64,000 nucleotides of DNA from NCBI GenBank assembly GCA_977030845.1, contig OZ365109.1, forward strand, positions 42,036,001 to 42,100,000. Reading direction: 5' to 3'. The notes under the pieces are model-generated. The model was not told the origin of the DNA. It saw only the letters and a list, made by a program, of their open reading frames with translations, and made no database searches. Numbering within the stretch: position 1 is the stretch's first letter; each line of letters begins with the position of its first letter. This DNA is from Fimbriosthenelais zetlandica (Eukaryota). The position numbers and the translations under genes are program-made. Below, piece after piece: positions 33,640-46,135 of the stretch.

Positions 33640-36600
33640 AAGGTAATCATTTTAAAATGTTGATTGTTTTAACACTCAATAGTGTCCATTGCCCTGATTA
33701 AATGGTATCACATCAACTACTGTCCAATATACATAGATCTGTCAACACTATTGCAATTAATTTTACATACAATTAGTTGATTATGTACAATACGTTTACA
33801 TAATGTCCTTGAGTATCTAGTTTGACATAAATCAACAAGTATATATAATTTCAGTCTTCAGGCCATTGAATAATTAATAATGTCATATAATACTGGCTTC
33901 ATGCCAATGTATATTAATTGACTCAATGGAAGTTTATAGATATTATCTGGCTAAAGTATCTCTTCGTGCATGTATGGTATAGACAGTCATAAACTAAAAG
34001 CCTAAGATTAATTATACATTCAGCTGTTTTATGTAATTCCGTCAGGTTATAATCTAATATTCATTACTGGGACACGTGGCAGTATACATGAATATACAAT
34101 GTCATAAGTCTGGATGCATAATTAAATTTTGGATACCACTTCCTCAATTTTGTTTACTTGGAGTTGGTTGCTGCTTATGGAAATTTTGGATAAATAATTT
34201 TATATGCGACATGAAAGTTGTATTAGTAGGGAACCGATGTGGTCAATCTGAAAAATGCATTCCATCTAAAATAGGTATATTAAAGATAAATTATTTTAAA
34301 ATGTAATATAGATCTTCAAAACGTTTTCTTGGAAGAGCTTTTTGATACAACGAACTTCAAACTTTGACTGAACGTTAAACAAATATTTAAAACAAATCTC
34401 CATTTTAGTTCATATGGAGACATTATTGGTTACAATACATGAATATGGAACATGAAGCACTACTTGTATTAGGCTGATTGTGCACGGGAAGGACAGTACA
34501 TTAGCTATATTATTGCAGGCAGTTAGGTTATACCACCTCCCATGGTAGTGCGAGCAGACAGTCTACATAGGGCTGTCCCATGTTAATATACCAGCCAATT
34601 ATCACAATACACCTAGCCCTGGTATCTGGTATATGACCCAATCAGTGGTCATTTATAGGCCAGTGACCCTGAGTGCTTCCGGCCCTGCTAACTGTTACAT
34701 CACATGACATTGACGCATGCATGCATAATAATCATATTGAACATGTATAATAATCATATTTACATAGATGGTTGGCCATGGTGGCTTCTGCCCACTTCTG
34801 TCAGCCTCAGGTATGGGTCCTCTCATCATCCTTTCTAACCAGGTGGAAATTTCATATTAGCCACCTCCCCTTAAAAAAGAAATAAAAAGAAACCCCCCAA
34901 AACAGACCGAAGTCTCATTTCCAATATGAAGAACATTTCCTACGAGATTTTTCGTCTTATGATAACTAGATAACACAAATATTAATCCCGTGGATACTTA
35001 AATATTGTAATTTATTTCTCTGTGGTTTCAGACCAAATGTTTCAATATTGCTTTAGAGGTTTTAGACCAAAGCCAAAACTCACGACCAAAAGCTTATAAA
35101 CTACATCATAGATCCCTGTGATATTTAATGATTTTATTTCTTTTGATTAGTTTTTGAATCGCGATCCTTTGTGTGGTATAAAATAGCTAAATGTCAGGAG
35201 CAGGTGTTAGGGCCGGACCTTGCACACTGCTCTCTGTTTTAGTGCCTCTAACAGCAGTCTGTTATCGAGCAGTGGTCTTTTCTATATAATACCCCGTCCA
35301 CACTGGTCCTTTTGTATGAATGACTCAATAGAACATACTGACATTGTTGTTGGTTCCCAGCTAAATAAGCTGTCTTCATTCACTTTTGATAATTCACAAA
35401 TTTAAGATTACCACATAGGAATTACTAGTTGGGTCTCGGATTTTACCATACCTCTGCTTAAAATATTTTAGGTATAATCCCTGTTTAGGTAGAATTCCCA
35501 TTCCCAGATTCAATAAAATATAATGCCACGAAACTATTTTTGCGCACCTGTAATCAGTGGTAGATTGCTTAAAAATTGATGAATGGATGTAAAGCAATAT
35601 TATGCAAACAAATTTATTCCATATAATAATATTAGTATTGGTATAATTCCTTCTCTAGACCTATTCTCTATGGTCGGGACTGCATGCCTTGGAAGCAAAA
35701 ATATCACAACCCATGACCAAAATTAATTAGGTTTAATGGTAAAATCTAATTTTACAGCAGTTTGTGGAAACTATACCAAGTAATGTTAAAAATAGCTCAA
35801 ATCTGATCTATCAATTAGATATTTACTTGTGTAGTATAGGCCTGTATTTATGTCGAATTGCTGTAAAACAGTTGCCATTATAGTATTAATGGCAAAATGT
35901 ACTGTTTTGGAGCTGTTGGGAGTGACGTGCTGTTGAGAGGTTGGAATTATTTTGCTCCCAACAGTATACGTCTCTGTGCTGCACCATTAAAGGCATTCAG
36001 CTGCCGCATTCCGCCTATAGACAAAATGTTGATGACAAGTGATATTCGTTGTTCTTGTTTGTCCCCTGGACAAAGGGGAATCTAAAAATAACAGTGGGCG
36101 GGTGTTGATCCCGATATTCTACTGCCCCGCCCGGTCTATGGCTATGGCTTGTTTTCATTCCATGATACCTGTATTGAGTAATATGATATTTCTATTTAGA
36201 ACATCTGTTTTCACAATGCCAAATTGAAGGTTTGGTTTCAAAGTGTATTGTATTCAAAGACCCCAAATTTAAGACAATTAATGTTGTTGTGGGTTCGAGG
36301 TTTATATAAGGATTTTTCTGAATCCTTATATATAAACCTCGTATTCTATAAACTTTATATGAACAACGGACAACGGTTCATACGATCGATGTAAAGAATT
36401 GTGAAGAGTTTTATTTAAAATATTCTGTAAAAATTTCTTTCATTTGTAATAGAAATCGTCTTAAAATATTCTAATGATTCTAGAAAAAGAAACGCGAGAT
36501 TAATGTTTTTCTTCGCACTTTCAAAGATTAAATTTAGATAGGTTCTGCCTCGTACCAGACATCGTTTTTCTCTCAACATAGAGGGAACACTTTCCTATAT

Positions 36601-39600
36601 GGCCTCCTCATCCCCAGCCCATCTTTCCTTAATTAGACACATCTTCATCCAATCATAGTTCCTTATTTGTTAATTACTTCATTCACATTGTCAGCTAAGC
36701 TGAAAATTTAGCTTTCCACTAGTTCAGTCGGAAATGACTAACATAGAATTGGAATATTACTGAAGAATTTGGTTTCATTTTTACCACCGACATTCCCCAT
36801 TTTCACAGTCCATTCCTGTTTTATTCTTATTGCAACAAAAATTATTTTGAATTATTTCTATTTCTATTTCCAAACGTGATTTGGACTGCCTTATTTTTTT
36901 TCGGAATCTTGTTCATCTTGTGCATAACGTGGCTCTGTCTCGTGAATATTTAAATGACAGGAAAATATCTTTTAAAGTAAACAAGGGAATATAGGCTTAC
37001 TTTGATTGACAAAAAATTACATTTAGGGTGTTAGGGTTTTAGATTTAGTTGTGTGTTAGCATTGCTTGTGGACAATATACAGTATAGGAGGTGGGTATAG
37101 TTCGATACATGGTCAACTTCTGTCCAAGGGGATACAATGGTATCTGTCTATCAAGTTATGTGCGAGTCCTTGTTCAACAAGGATTTCTGCCCAATTCCAA
37201 AATATACACTCACAAATATATTATCTTTTGCAATGTGGTCCATGTGAAGTGCACAAATATAGGCACTTTGTCCACACAAATAATAGTTTATATTGTACAG
37301 CATAAAATAGATACCAGTCGTTCACACTTGTTCAATCCTTTAGGTGGGCGTTAATATGATTTACTAATACTTGTTGTCTTTGTTACCATGTCGAAAACCT
37401 CATTAAAGAGCAAGAATTAACTTACTTGCCTCTTCAAAGTGGCTTTTCCTAAATGAATTAAGACTATTAGAACATTGGTTTAACACAATGCATTAGAATA
37501 CATAAAGCAATATAGAGAACCACTAGAAACTGTGACCATTATCCAATAGATATTGTTCCTAGCTTACACCATTAGATATTTACTAAAATACACTGTTAAC
37601 TACTCCGTTCTATTTCACATTTTGTAGCAGCATTTTACTTTGGCATCAAAGAAGCATTGATGTCACCGCATGTAATGTATATTACATGAAAGTTCACATG
37701 CAACTCCATGCACACTCACATTGATATTCAAAACATTCCCGGTGTTACAGGAAATTAAATGCCTACTCAAGTCGGTATGTAAACCACATAATATTTACAA
37801 TTGGTGTTTTATCCTACTGTATGTTATATATTATATATTTGTTGTACTGTATCGGTTATATATGAATTTTATTTCGTGGAAATATACATATTTGGGTGAG
37901 AGAAAAGGTTGCGGTTGTATACCAAAAAAGGTGAATGTTCTCTGTTCATTCTACCGTTTTCTGCCCATTTCTCTCCACATGGTCATATACATTCTGTCAT
38001 AACTAACACCTCCTTTGTTGTACACCTATACATATTCATATACCTGTGTTAATTAATATTGCCCATGATATATATACAGCTTGACATTGTGTCAGATGGA
38101 CGTCCAGTCAGTTAGAACTGTTCATATTCTTCCCTTCTAGCTCCGTTCTATGTGCTCTAGACGACAGAAGCATGCAGCAAAACGTACCCCTCCCCAACTT
38201 TTAATATAGTAGCCCACACGAGTGAATGCACCCTTCTCAATTTTTTTTCCAAATTTCACTGTAGTTTTTCCAGAAATTGCATTCCCTGTTCATGAAATAT
38301 TAGTGTTAAACCTGAACACATAATATTATTATAACAAAAAGTTCCTCCTGTGATCGAAACTGATGCTTTAGCTTCCAATGCAATTGCTAGGGAGGTTGCA
38401 GTGAAATTTGGTGGAAATAGTGGAGGGTGTACTCACTTATGTGGGGTACTGTATTTCTGTGTAAAACTTTGTTTTTACATAAACCTACACTGTAAACCTT
38501 TTGCCCTTTTTATATCTACATTAGTCATAATCCCCAAGACCTATTTATTATTTACAATTTGGTAATACTTATTTAGTTATACAGACTTTTTCCAAATTTG
38601 TAATAATGTAAATGTCATCAGACTTCTGGGTATTGGTTCAACAGTGTACAGAAAGTCTCTAACTGGACAATTTCCCTGAAATAATGCTTCATGGTGTTGG
38701 ATAATATATAGGATTAAGATTCTTTCATAAAGCATCATTTTGCTTATGAAAAGTTGACATATTCGATGTAATATGGAATTTCTGTGAAATTTGATTCTTG
38801 TTTTGCATATGCAAAATAATGAATTGAAGTAATTATTTCTCAGAAATCTTTAGGAAACCCGTTGCTAGTACTAATGCTGCTTTACTGTTAACTCTATACT
38901 GGATCTCAACTGAACTAGTCTATATTTTCAGAGAGGAAAAGTGATATTTTTTGTTAGTTTTGTGTAATTTCTGTAGTTGTATATATGTATATTATGGGAT
39001 TCCAGACTATGTCCTTATCGCTTTATTCGGATGACCTGCCTGTTACACTAGAAACACTATACTGCGATTATCATTCCCATTTGTCCCCAAGGGAAGAATC
39101 CCAAGAACAGATTTATGCCCGCCGAGTAGTGTCATTTGGCAGTTTTGTAGCAATGGGTTAGCCACCTGCCAACGTGTTGCTATAAAACTGCTGTATAATC
39201 GCCATAGTGTATTACTCCCGTCGTCCCTGAACATTCTTGTATACTTGTATAGCTGTTGGTCGCTGGTGTACATAACTATGTATGAACATTGCATGGCATC
39301 ATGTCACATATTGGGGAAAGGTAACATTTGACTCCATTGGTACATGTTTATCTTCATCGAGGAGAAAATACCAGGAAAAACTTACCACATGCCTGGCACA
39401 CAGCTGTTCATGATTATAATAACATTATTGTTGAATTTATACGAGCTTTTTCTCAATTTAAAACAGAAATACTTTGCATAGTTCATTTATTTACAAACAA
39501 TTATTGAATACTTACAAACTCGTTTTCTCTAATTTAAAACTTCAATAGCTTGCATTACTTAGATTTTTTGCATGGTTTTAACAATTTACAGACAAAACTT

Positions 39601-39722
39601 TAATTACAAAAAAGTATATTATTACACTTATTTTACATTGTTAACTTATTTGCTCTTTCAATGCCGCCTACAGATGTGGGTACACATCATACAAGCAGAC
39701 TGTCTGGCTTGCTGAAGTCTGA

Positions 39723-39880
39723 ATACAGTCTCCAGCAGATTGGGCCCTGTCTCTTGCAGATTGGGCCTGTCTCCTGCAGATTGGGTTGAGTCTCCTGCAG
39801 ATTGATACCAATCTCCTGTAGTTTTGACCCTGTGTCCTGCAGATTGGGTTCAGCCTCCTGCAGTCCCCTGCAGATTGGGT
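39723..39880. repeat. Minisatellite, about 7 x 20-21 bp
   Basis: Unit CTGCAGATTGGG-N-GTCTC repeated. Confidence 0.85.
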
Positions 39881-42729
39881 CCTACCAAACCCAAAAAAGT
39901 TTCCAATATTTTCTCCATTTCATCAGTTGATATTTGTTTATGTTTTTTCTTTCCATACCAATGCATACCCGACCATGTGCCCTTAACCACTGTCGATTTT
40001 GGTTACAGATGCCTGTATATTATTTTTCAGGTTAAGTAATTACATTTGAATGTTTTCATGCCCAGCTGTATGCACTCAAGAGATTGAATGAAATGTCAGT
40101 GCATTACTCAAAGGTGTTTTTATTACAAATCCCACTGAGTTTTTAGCTTCAATCCAGCCCAGATGGCGATGTTTTTATTCCCTTATCTTTCCCCAAGCTA
40201 TTTTTTCTTGTTGATTTTCTTTAGCAATGGAATTGCAGCACATGTGCAGGTAAGTTAGAAATCTAACATGTTTCAGTTCAGCCCAAGGTGTTTTTATAGC
40301 CCAGATCGGATTTGTCTAGTCCTGGACCAAGTGGAGAGGACAGCCATTGGTTCAGTGATAAGAAAAAGAAACTGTAAGGATAGGATTCCATGGTTGATCC
40401 TTCACTATTCATTGTGTCATAATTATAGCCTCAAATATGAATGGTATTAACAAACTTATGTTGTATATATATAATATTATAGTTCCCTTTGGTCTCAAAT
40501 TTGAAAGCTATTTTCAGTGTGAGATTGATGGGTTTTCGTACACATTCGAAGTCTTTATGCCACGCAGCCACATGAAAACTTTAAAATTCCGTAAAAATGA
40601 CTAATTTCTGAGAAGCCACCCCTGATTACTCCTGATTGTGGCTGAGACGTGTAGTTGAATTATTTAGGGTCTGAACCCTGGCTGGTACTATTTTAAGATG
40701 GTTCCTGTCACCATGCATTCCAGGCAAGGTCCTCTTTGTTGACACAATGTCCTTATAATGTCGCCTCGAGAATTAGCTTAGTGTGGCATAATTGCATTAA
40801 GGAGCTATTGATTCTTTCTGACTATGTTTACCTATTTTCTATTCCACATTCTACAAGAGCTAGTGGCTGGCTGGCCAAGTTTGGTATCATCCTTTTTTCC
40901 CCTTTTTACGCCAACGATGTTTCGCCTATGGCTCTTTCTAGATTTATTTCTAAGTTGGCTTCGGGGCAAGTAATATATTTCTGGTGCCGCGAATGTGGAC
41001 CAAGCCTTACCCGCGGATTTCTCAAGGCGATTTCACGAGTCTTTTATCACGGAGAAACAATTTTGTCCTGGCCCGCCAAAAAATTGTCAGCAGCACTTGA
41101 TTGCGCTGTAGGTCTATTCCCGTGATTAAATAGGCGGGAGGCAGGCGGGAGGCTGGAGAAACTTCATTACTAGCGGGAGAATGCCAATTAACAGGACAAT
41201 AACCGATTACAATCTCTCCACATATATCATGTATACACTCCATATTACATGTCAGACTCGGATATTCACCTTGCTTCATTTATACCTATTGCCAAAACAA
41301 GCTTGCATGGAATACATCAATTGATGTATGTACGTGTATGTATATAGTTATTTAACATGGAGAACGTGTTGTAGAGATGACTGATCAAGGTCGTTCACCC
41401 ATCGTTTTTGAATAAATATGCCCATCATTAAATATGAAATTAACATTAACATTGAAAAGCGACAGGAACCCACTTCAATGAAATTTTGTCAAAATCCCTG
41501 ATGATCAAATATGGACAAATTTGATTCTAGCTAGTCATAAATCATTCTTATCGTCTGATGCATCTTTACCTCATAGACAATTAAGGCAGATGCTACGTAT
41601 ATATTCCTAATTGATTGAAGAAATGGTTTAAAAAAAATGGTGATTCGTATCCACTTCCTCCTTTAAGAGGGATTTGATTGTCCCTCTGTTCCAATGAGCA
41701 TCAAGAGTGGAGCAGTATATCTTAATCAAGCCAGGCAGCTGTGAGAACGCCCAATATCTATTATATCACTCACTCGAGTTAATATCACTAAGTCTAGCTT
41801 GCTTATTTCAAATCAAGCCCTCTGTAATTAGATCTTGACGGCAAGCTGGAGGAGTTGCAGGTGTGAGTAAAAGAGAGAAAACTGTCCTTTATTGGACCGT
41901 TTCTCATTTGGAATATCTGCCCAGCTACTGTGCCTTTGCTATTTTGTTTGCTATGACCTTTTATGCGTGGAATGGTCGCAGCAATGCCGGAGGCTGCACC
42001 GCGGCTGTCTTCGACTTGATGTAGCACTTGTGGTAATGCCTTGGTGGGGGAAGGTGCTATACTTGCATTCTAACAGGTCTTCCTTGAATTTTTGGTTTTT
42101 GGAGAATTTTTTCCTAGTGTTCTTTATGGAACTTAGTGTCAATTCTTAAGTCATTCCAAATTTTCAATTTCGACCTCGTAACCTTTCTTAGTTTAGTTTG
42201 TCTCGGTTCTTGCAAAGAATAGATAATGGCATTCTTTATATTTATATAGAATGTAGAGATTTATATAGATTATAAGGATATCGACAGGGAATCAATGTTT
42301 CTGTCTTGCCCTTCCCCAAACCCCGAGCACTGATTTTGAAGGTTCCTTTGATGGCTGCAAGGCTGGAGCGTCAACCTTCTCACTATGTATATAAAGATAA
42401 CACTGCCTCCAGCGCGGAATTCTATCTGAGTTGCTCTTCTCGGGTATACGGCCGACCTGGCTTATATTGGTTCTACATTACAACACTCTGTCAAGTGTTA
42501 AAGCTGGCCATGACCAATCTGATATTGATCATGTTAATCCCTCCCAACCCTAGACCACCGTTAGAGGCAACAATTACATAAAGTATCCATATTTATAACC
42601 TCATTTAATTACTCATATACGTACATGTATGTATTTGAACTCTGTGACGTTAGCATTACCAGGTATCATATTAACAATCGTCACTGCGATCCTTCTCCGA
42701 GAAGTAGGCTACTAACTGCGAACAACCAC

Positions 42730-42953
42730 GGCGGTGTAGTGGTGATCGAGAGTGTCTTCCCCGTGTGTGGAAGGTCAGTTCTTAGACTGTTCTTAGAAGA
42801 CAGTTCTTAGACTGTCAAGGCCCGGTGTCAGGATAAATGTGATTTGGTGAGGTATCATGTCATGTGCTTGATATGTAAATTGACAACTTCTGGCATTCGA
42901 GTAGAGCAAGCCATTGTTTCCTATTCGTCCTGGGATTGGACGTTAAACAAAAA
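42730..42953 (+). mobile_element. tRNA-derived SINE sharing the family A 3' tail
   Basis: Head GGCGGTGTAGTGG..GGAAGGTCAGTTC; tail gtttcctattcgtcctggg..ggacgttaaacaaaa; internal gttcttagactg duplication. Confidence 0.7.
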
Positions 42954-43735
42954 TGATTTAATATTGACTCATCATCACCTATTCAATTGTCACTTGAATA
43001 TGAAGTGCTCGGTAGTGAAGGAATGGTCTTTGACTTAAAGGAACTAATTTTAGTTTTGTGATATATTAAAGTGAAAGGTCTATAGGCTATCATGATACTG
43101 ATAAGTCGGGGAGTAGTTTCCTAGGTGAACACAGGTGTCGGAGGTTAATTTAAAGGGATGAATTGACAATACTTGCCAATAAGCTGCTTTAACCAAAGCA
43201 GTGCCAGCTTGAGTCCTGTCTATGTTTAGGACCCAAGCCCCACCCCATAATTAATGTTTGGACCACCCATGCCTGTGCTTTTTCAAAATCCTGGATCCGT
43301 TCCTGAGCTTTATGCCCAGCCGTCTTCAGCATTTAAGGCAGTATTCCACTGCTGCAATATTGCTTGGGGCACTACTGCAATGAAAGTGACGATTATGTCG
43401 CAATAAACTTTATAAATTGTGGTCTGAGTGTCCAATGCCTGGTTGCCATCGCCCACTGGTACATTTCTCATTGCAACACATGCAGTAGTGCATGCACAAT
43501 CGTTACACTTCAGTACTGGCTTTAGAACACTGTTATTCACAGTAGAAGTAGAATGTGGTTATGCAGTGTTATAACCGTTATTATCGGGGTTATGGATTAG
43601 GAGATGGGTAAGATTGGGGCTGTGGGAAACCCACTGCTGTTGGACGCTATAATTCACTTAGCTGGAGCAGCAGATTCCTCTATCTCCCTGCCTTATCTAA
43701 CTTCCCCTGTCACTCGGTGCTTACAAGGTTTTATC

Positions 43736-43841
43736 CAGGGGCGGGTCCAGAGAAAGGGGGGCGGGGGGTGGCAGGTCCAGAGTAAAGGGGTGGGGGCCCA
43801 CTCCACCCCTTTAATTTTCCCAAATCCTGCATCCTCGCCTG
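43736..43841. mobile_element. Short CAGGGGCGGATCCAG-type inverted-repeat element; other ends at about 4171, 19451, 43290 and 57766
   Basis: Left caggggcgggtccag and right ctgcatcctcgcctg. The end motif (aaat)cctggatcc(g/a)cccctg recurs at least four more times, often beside poly-C/G runs. Confidence 0.6.
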
Positions 43842-44775
43842 CTATCCCTGACTGATATTTTACGCACTCAGTTTTTGTTCTTTGCTGACCCCCATATTAT
43901 GGTAGGGACTCTAATAAAAATTTTAAAATCGTTCTTTTATTTTTTAAATATGACCAAGGGCTGGATGTGGGGCGGAATTAGACAAAACTTTTTAAATGGA
44001 GTGAATATCTTTATCCGTTCAGAAGTTATCGGGGATTGAACGGCCAAAAAATGGACAAGATTTCTCACTTTTTTACTATAGGCCAGCGGAGAAGAAATTG
44101 GCACGTCACTGTGTAATGAACGTCTGTTTTTTATTCTGTCACACAAACTTTACTTTCCAACCAATTTTTGTCAAATCTTCAACATATATTCAAATTATCT
44201 GGTGCTAAATGATTATGCAAGACTATTTGACCTTTGACCTTGGCGTCCCCTCGTAATATGTAGGTTAAAAGTCAGTTGTTCTAGAGAATCAATGCTAAAG
44301 GACTGCTGTTGAATCAGAAATCTAATAACGGCTTTTACTCTTTCATCTTAAAGCTCCATATTCTACATATCTTAAGCTACGTATAGGTTTTTGTTTCATC
44401 GAGATCGACCCGGTAATTGCTTCAGAATTTAAACTTAAATTAACGCTGTTCTCGGACTAAAATTGTTTGGCCTTGTGGTGGTCTCACAGTGCAGCGGTCA
44501 TTCACTTTCTGAGTAAGGCCAGAAAGTTGTATTGTTTGTTTCTGGTTCAACGACTGACCATCATAAAATCGCCCATAGAATCGTCGACGTCATCGCCATT
44601 CTTTACGGGTTTTAGCCAAAAATAAAAAATCTAAAGTCCTGACTCTCCTCTGAAAAATTGAAATCTACGTTGGTCTTAAAAATGTTATGTGACCTGAAAC
44701 AGTACTTTTTTGTTTGGCCTAACTGTAGTAAGCTGGGCCGGTGGTCGAAAAATACATAAAGAATCTATTTGGATA

Positions 44776-45125
44776 TTACACAGACTGCGCCGGTCCTAAT
44801 ACAATCAAAACCGACATAGACATGGAGTAGAAATGTCGAAAAAGGTGTCTAAACCATCAAAACGAACGGCCCGCTTATATTTACAGAGATTTCGGCGATT
44901 AATTCTCGGATCGGAGCAGAAGCTCGGCTTGCCTATGGCAGTTTAGTGTATTAGCTTTACAGGTCGGGAAACGTCAATGTAGAATCTTGCGTTCCATATT
45001 TAACGGACTGCGCCGGTCCTAATAGCAATAAAAGTTTCTGATTATGGGGTAAAAATGTCTGAAAAAGCCGCCTAGATCATCAAATTGAGCGGCCCGAATA
45101 GAATTCTTGAAGATATTTGCGATTG
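44776..45125. repeat. Two diverged direct repeats of about 130 bp, period 223 bp
   Basis: Exact 19-mer GACTGCGCCGGTCCTAATA at 44783 and 45006, followed by collinear aaatgtc-gaaaaag, catcaaa, cggccc and gcgatt blocks. Confidence 0.75.
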
Positions 45126-45599
45126 TAAGTTACCCCGTTTTCTCTTGGACAATAGACATAGGAAGGACCTGTCGTATTATTATGAAAAAACGACCATCAT
45201 GTACGTCTATTCGTGTTCTTTCAAATGCGGTAAAATAGAAGTTGATCAGATATGTTGGGACTGAGCAATGCCTCAAAACGTGAACACTACCAAATCAGTA
45301 CTGTCAAGTCGCGAGCCAATTTTCACATGCCCAGCTGGGTGAGAATTTGAGCGGTGGATTGCACGCGTTACTAGAGTCCCTAATATGGCCCATATGCACT
45401 TTAATATTTTCTTTCATGGCAATTAATAGGCAATTAAATGTGAAATGCCCTATTGGCATCGCTTTTCTGCATTGTGGACTGTGGATTGTCATTTCCAAAA
45501 TACTGAAAAAGGCGGCAGTTGTGCTTGATGTTATCTATAGAGATAGAACTTTGAAACAAATGAATAGTGTACTGTAGTCCCTGTAGTGTTTAGAACATC

Positions 45600-45870
45600 G
45601 AGTGTTTAGATCGTGTAGCAAGCTAGATGGCCCACTGGGGACTAGCCGGGAACATTACCTCCATTTCCACCTATTGTTGTTGCCTAGAAACAATGCGGAA
45701 GTGCTCTCAGGGAGACGAATGTTTTGGGCAGGTCACTTGGCCCGCTGCCAGGATACCTATTTCCCTCCTGGTGCCCCACACGTGCCTTCCCATGGCTTCT
45801 GCCCTCTCCCCAAAGAGCAGTCCCAGATAGCTGGATGGATTTTCGCTGTAGGGGATGTTCTTGCCTACCA
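45600..45870 (+). mobile_element. Decayed 3' end of a non-LTR retrotransposon ORF2 (RTE-like LINE)
   Basis: RRMFWAGHLARCQDTYFP resembles the RRLRWxGHVxRMxDxRxP motif downstream of the RT domain. A frameshifted ..PDSWMD resembles the GRPxxRWxD motif. Confidence 0.6.
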
Positions 45871-46040
45871 GTAATAGCAAGCCATTATATTATTCATAAA
45901 AAATATATTGCCTACACTGTCCATAAGGATCGTGTATTTAAACGAAGAAACCTCGGTAATTCTTCCTTCATCCATCGTAAGTTTAAATCCTTGTAAAATG
46001 GCATATTCCGTATAGATTATGATCGTATGAATAGAGGCTT

Positions 46041-46135
46041 CGTAAGGCGCCGCTCAGCGTAAGGCGCCGCGCATCGTAAGACGCCGCGCATCGTAAGGTG
46101 GGACTTCGTAAGTTAGTGACTTCGTAAGTTAGGGG
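46041..46135. repeat. Array of six CGTAAG motifs at 15-17 bp spacing
   Basis: CGTAAG starts at 46041, 46058, 46075, 46092, 46107 and 46123. Confidence 0.85.

Noticed and set aside
39723-39880. 21 bp repeat as a coding heptad (LQE..PN) on the minus strand
   Set aside because: Unit length varies and breaks the frame; no start codon or splice context.
40736-41125. 129 aa ORF as a nested gene
   Set aside because: Non-ATG start, no recognisable domain and no exon partners.
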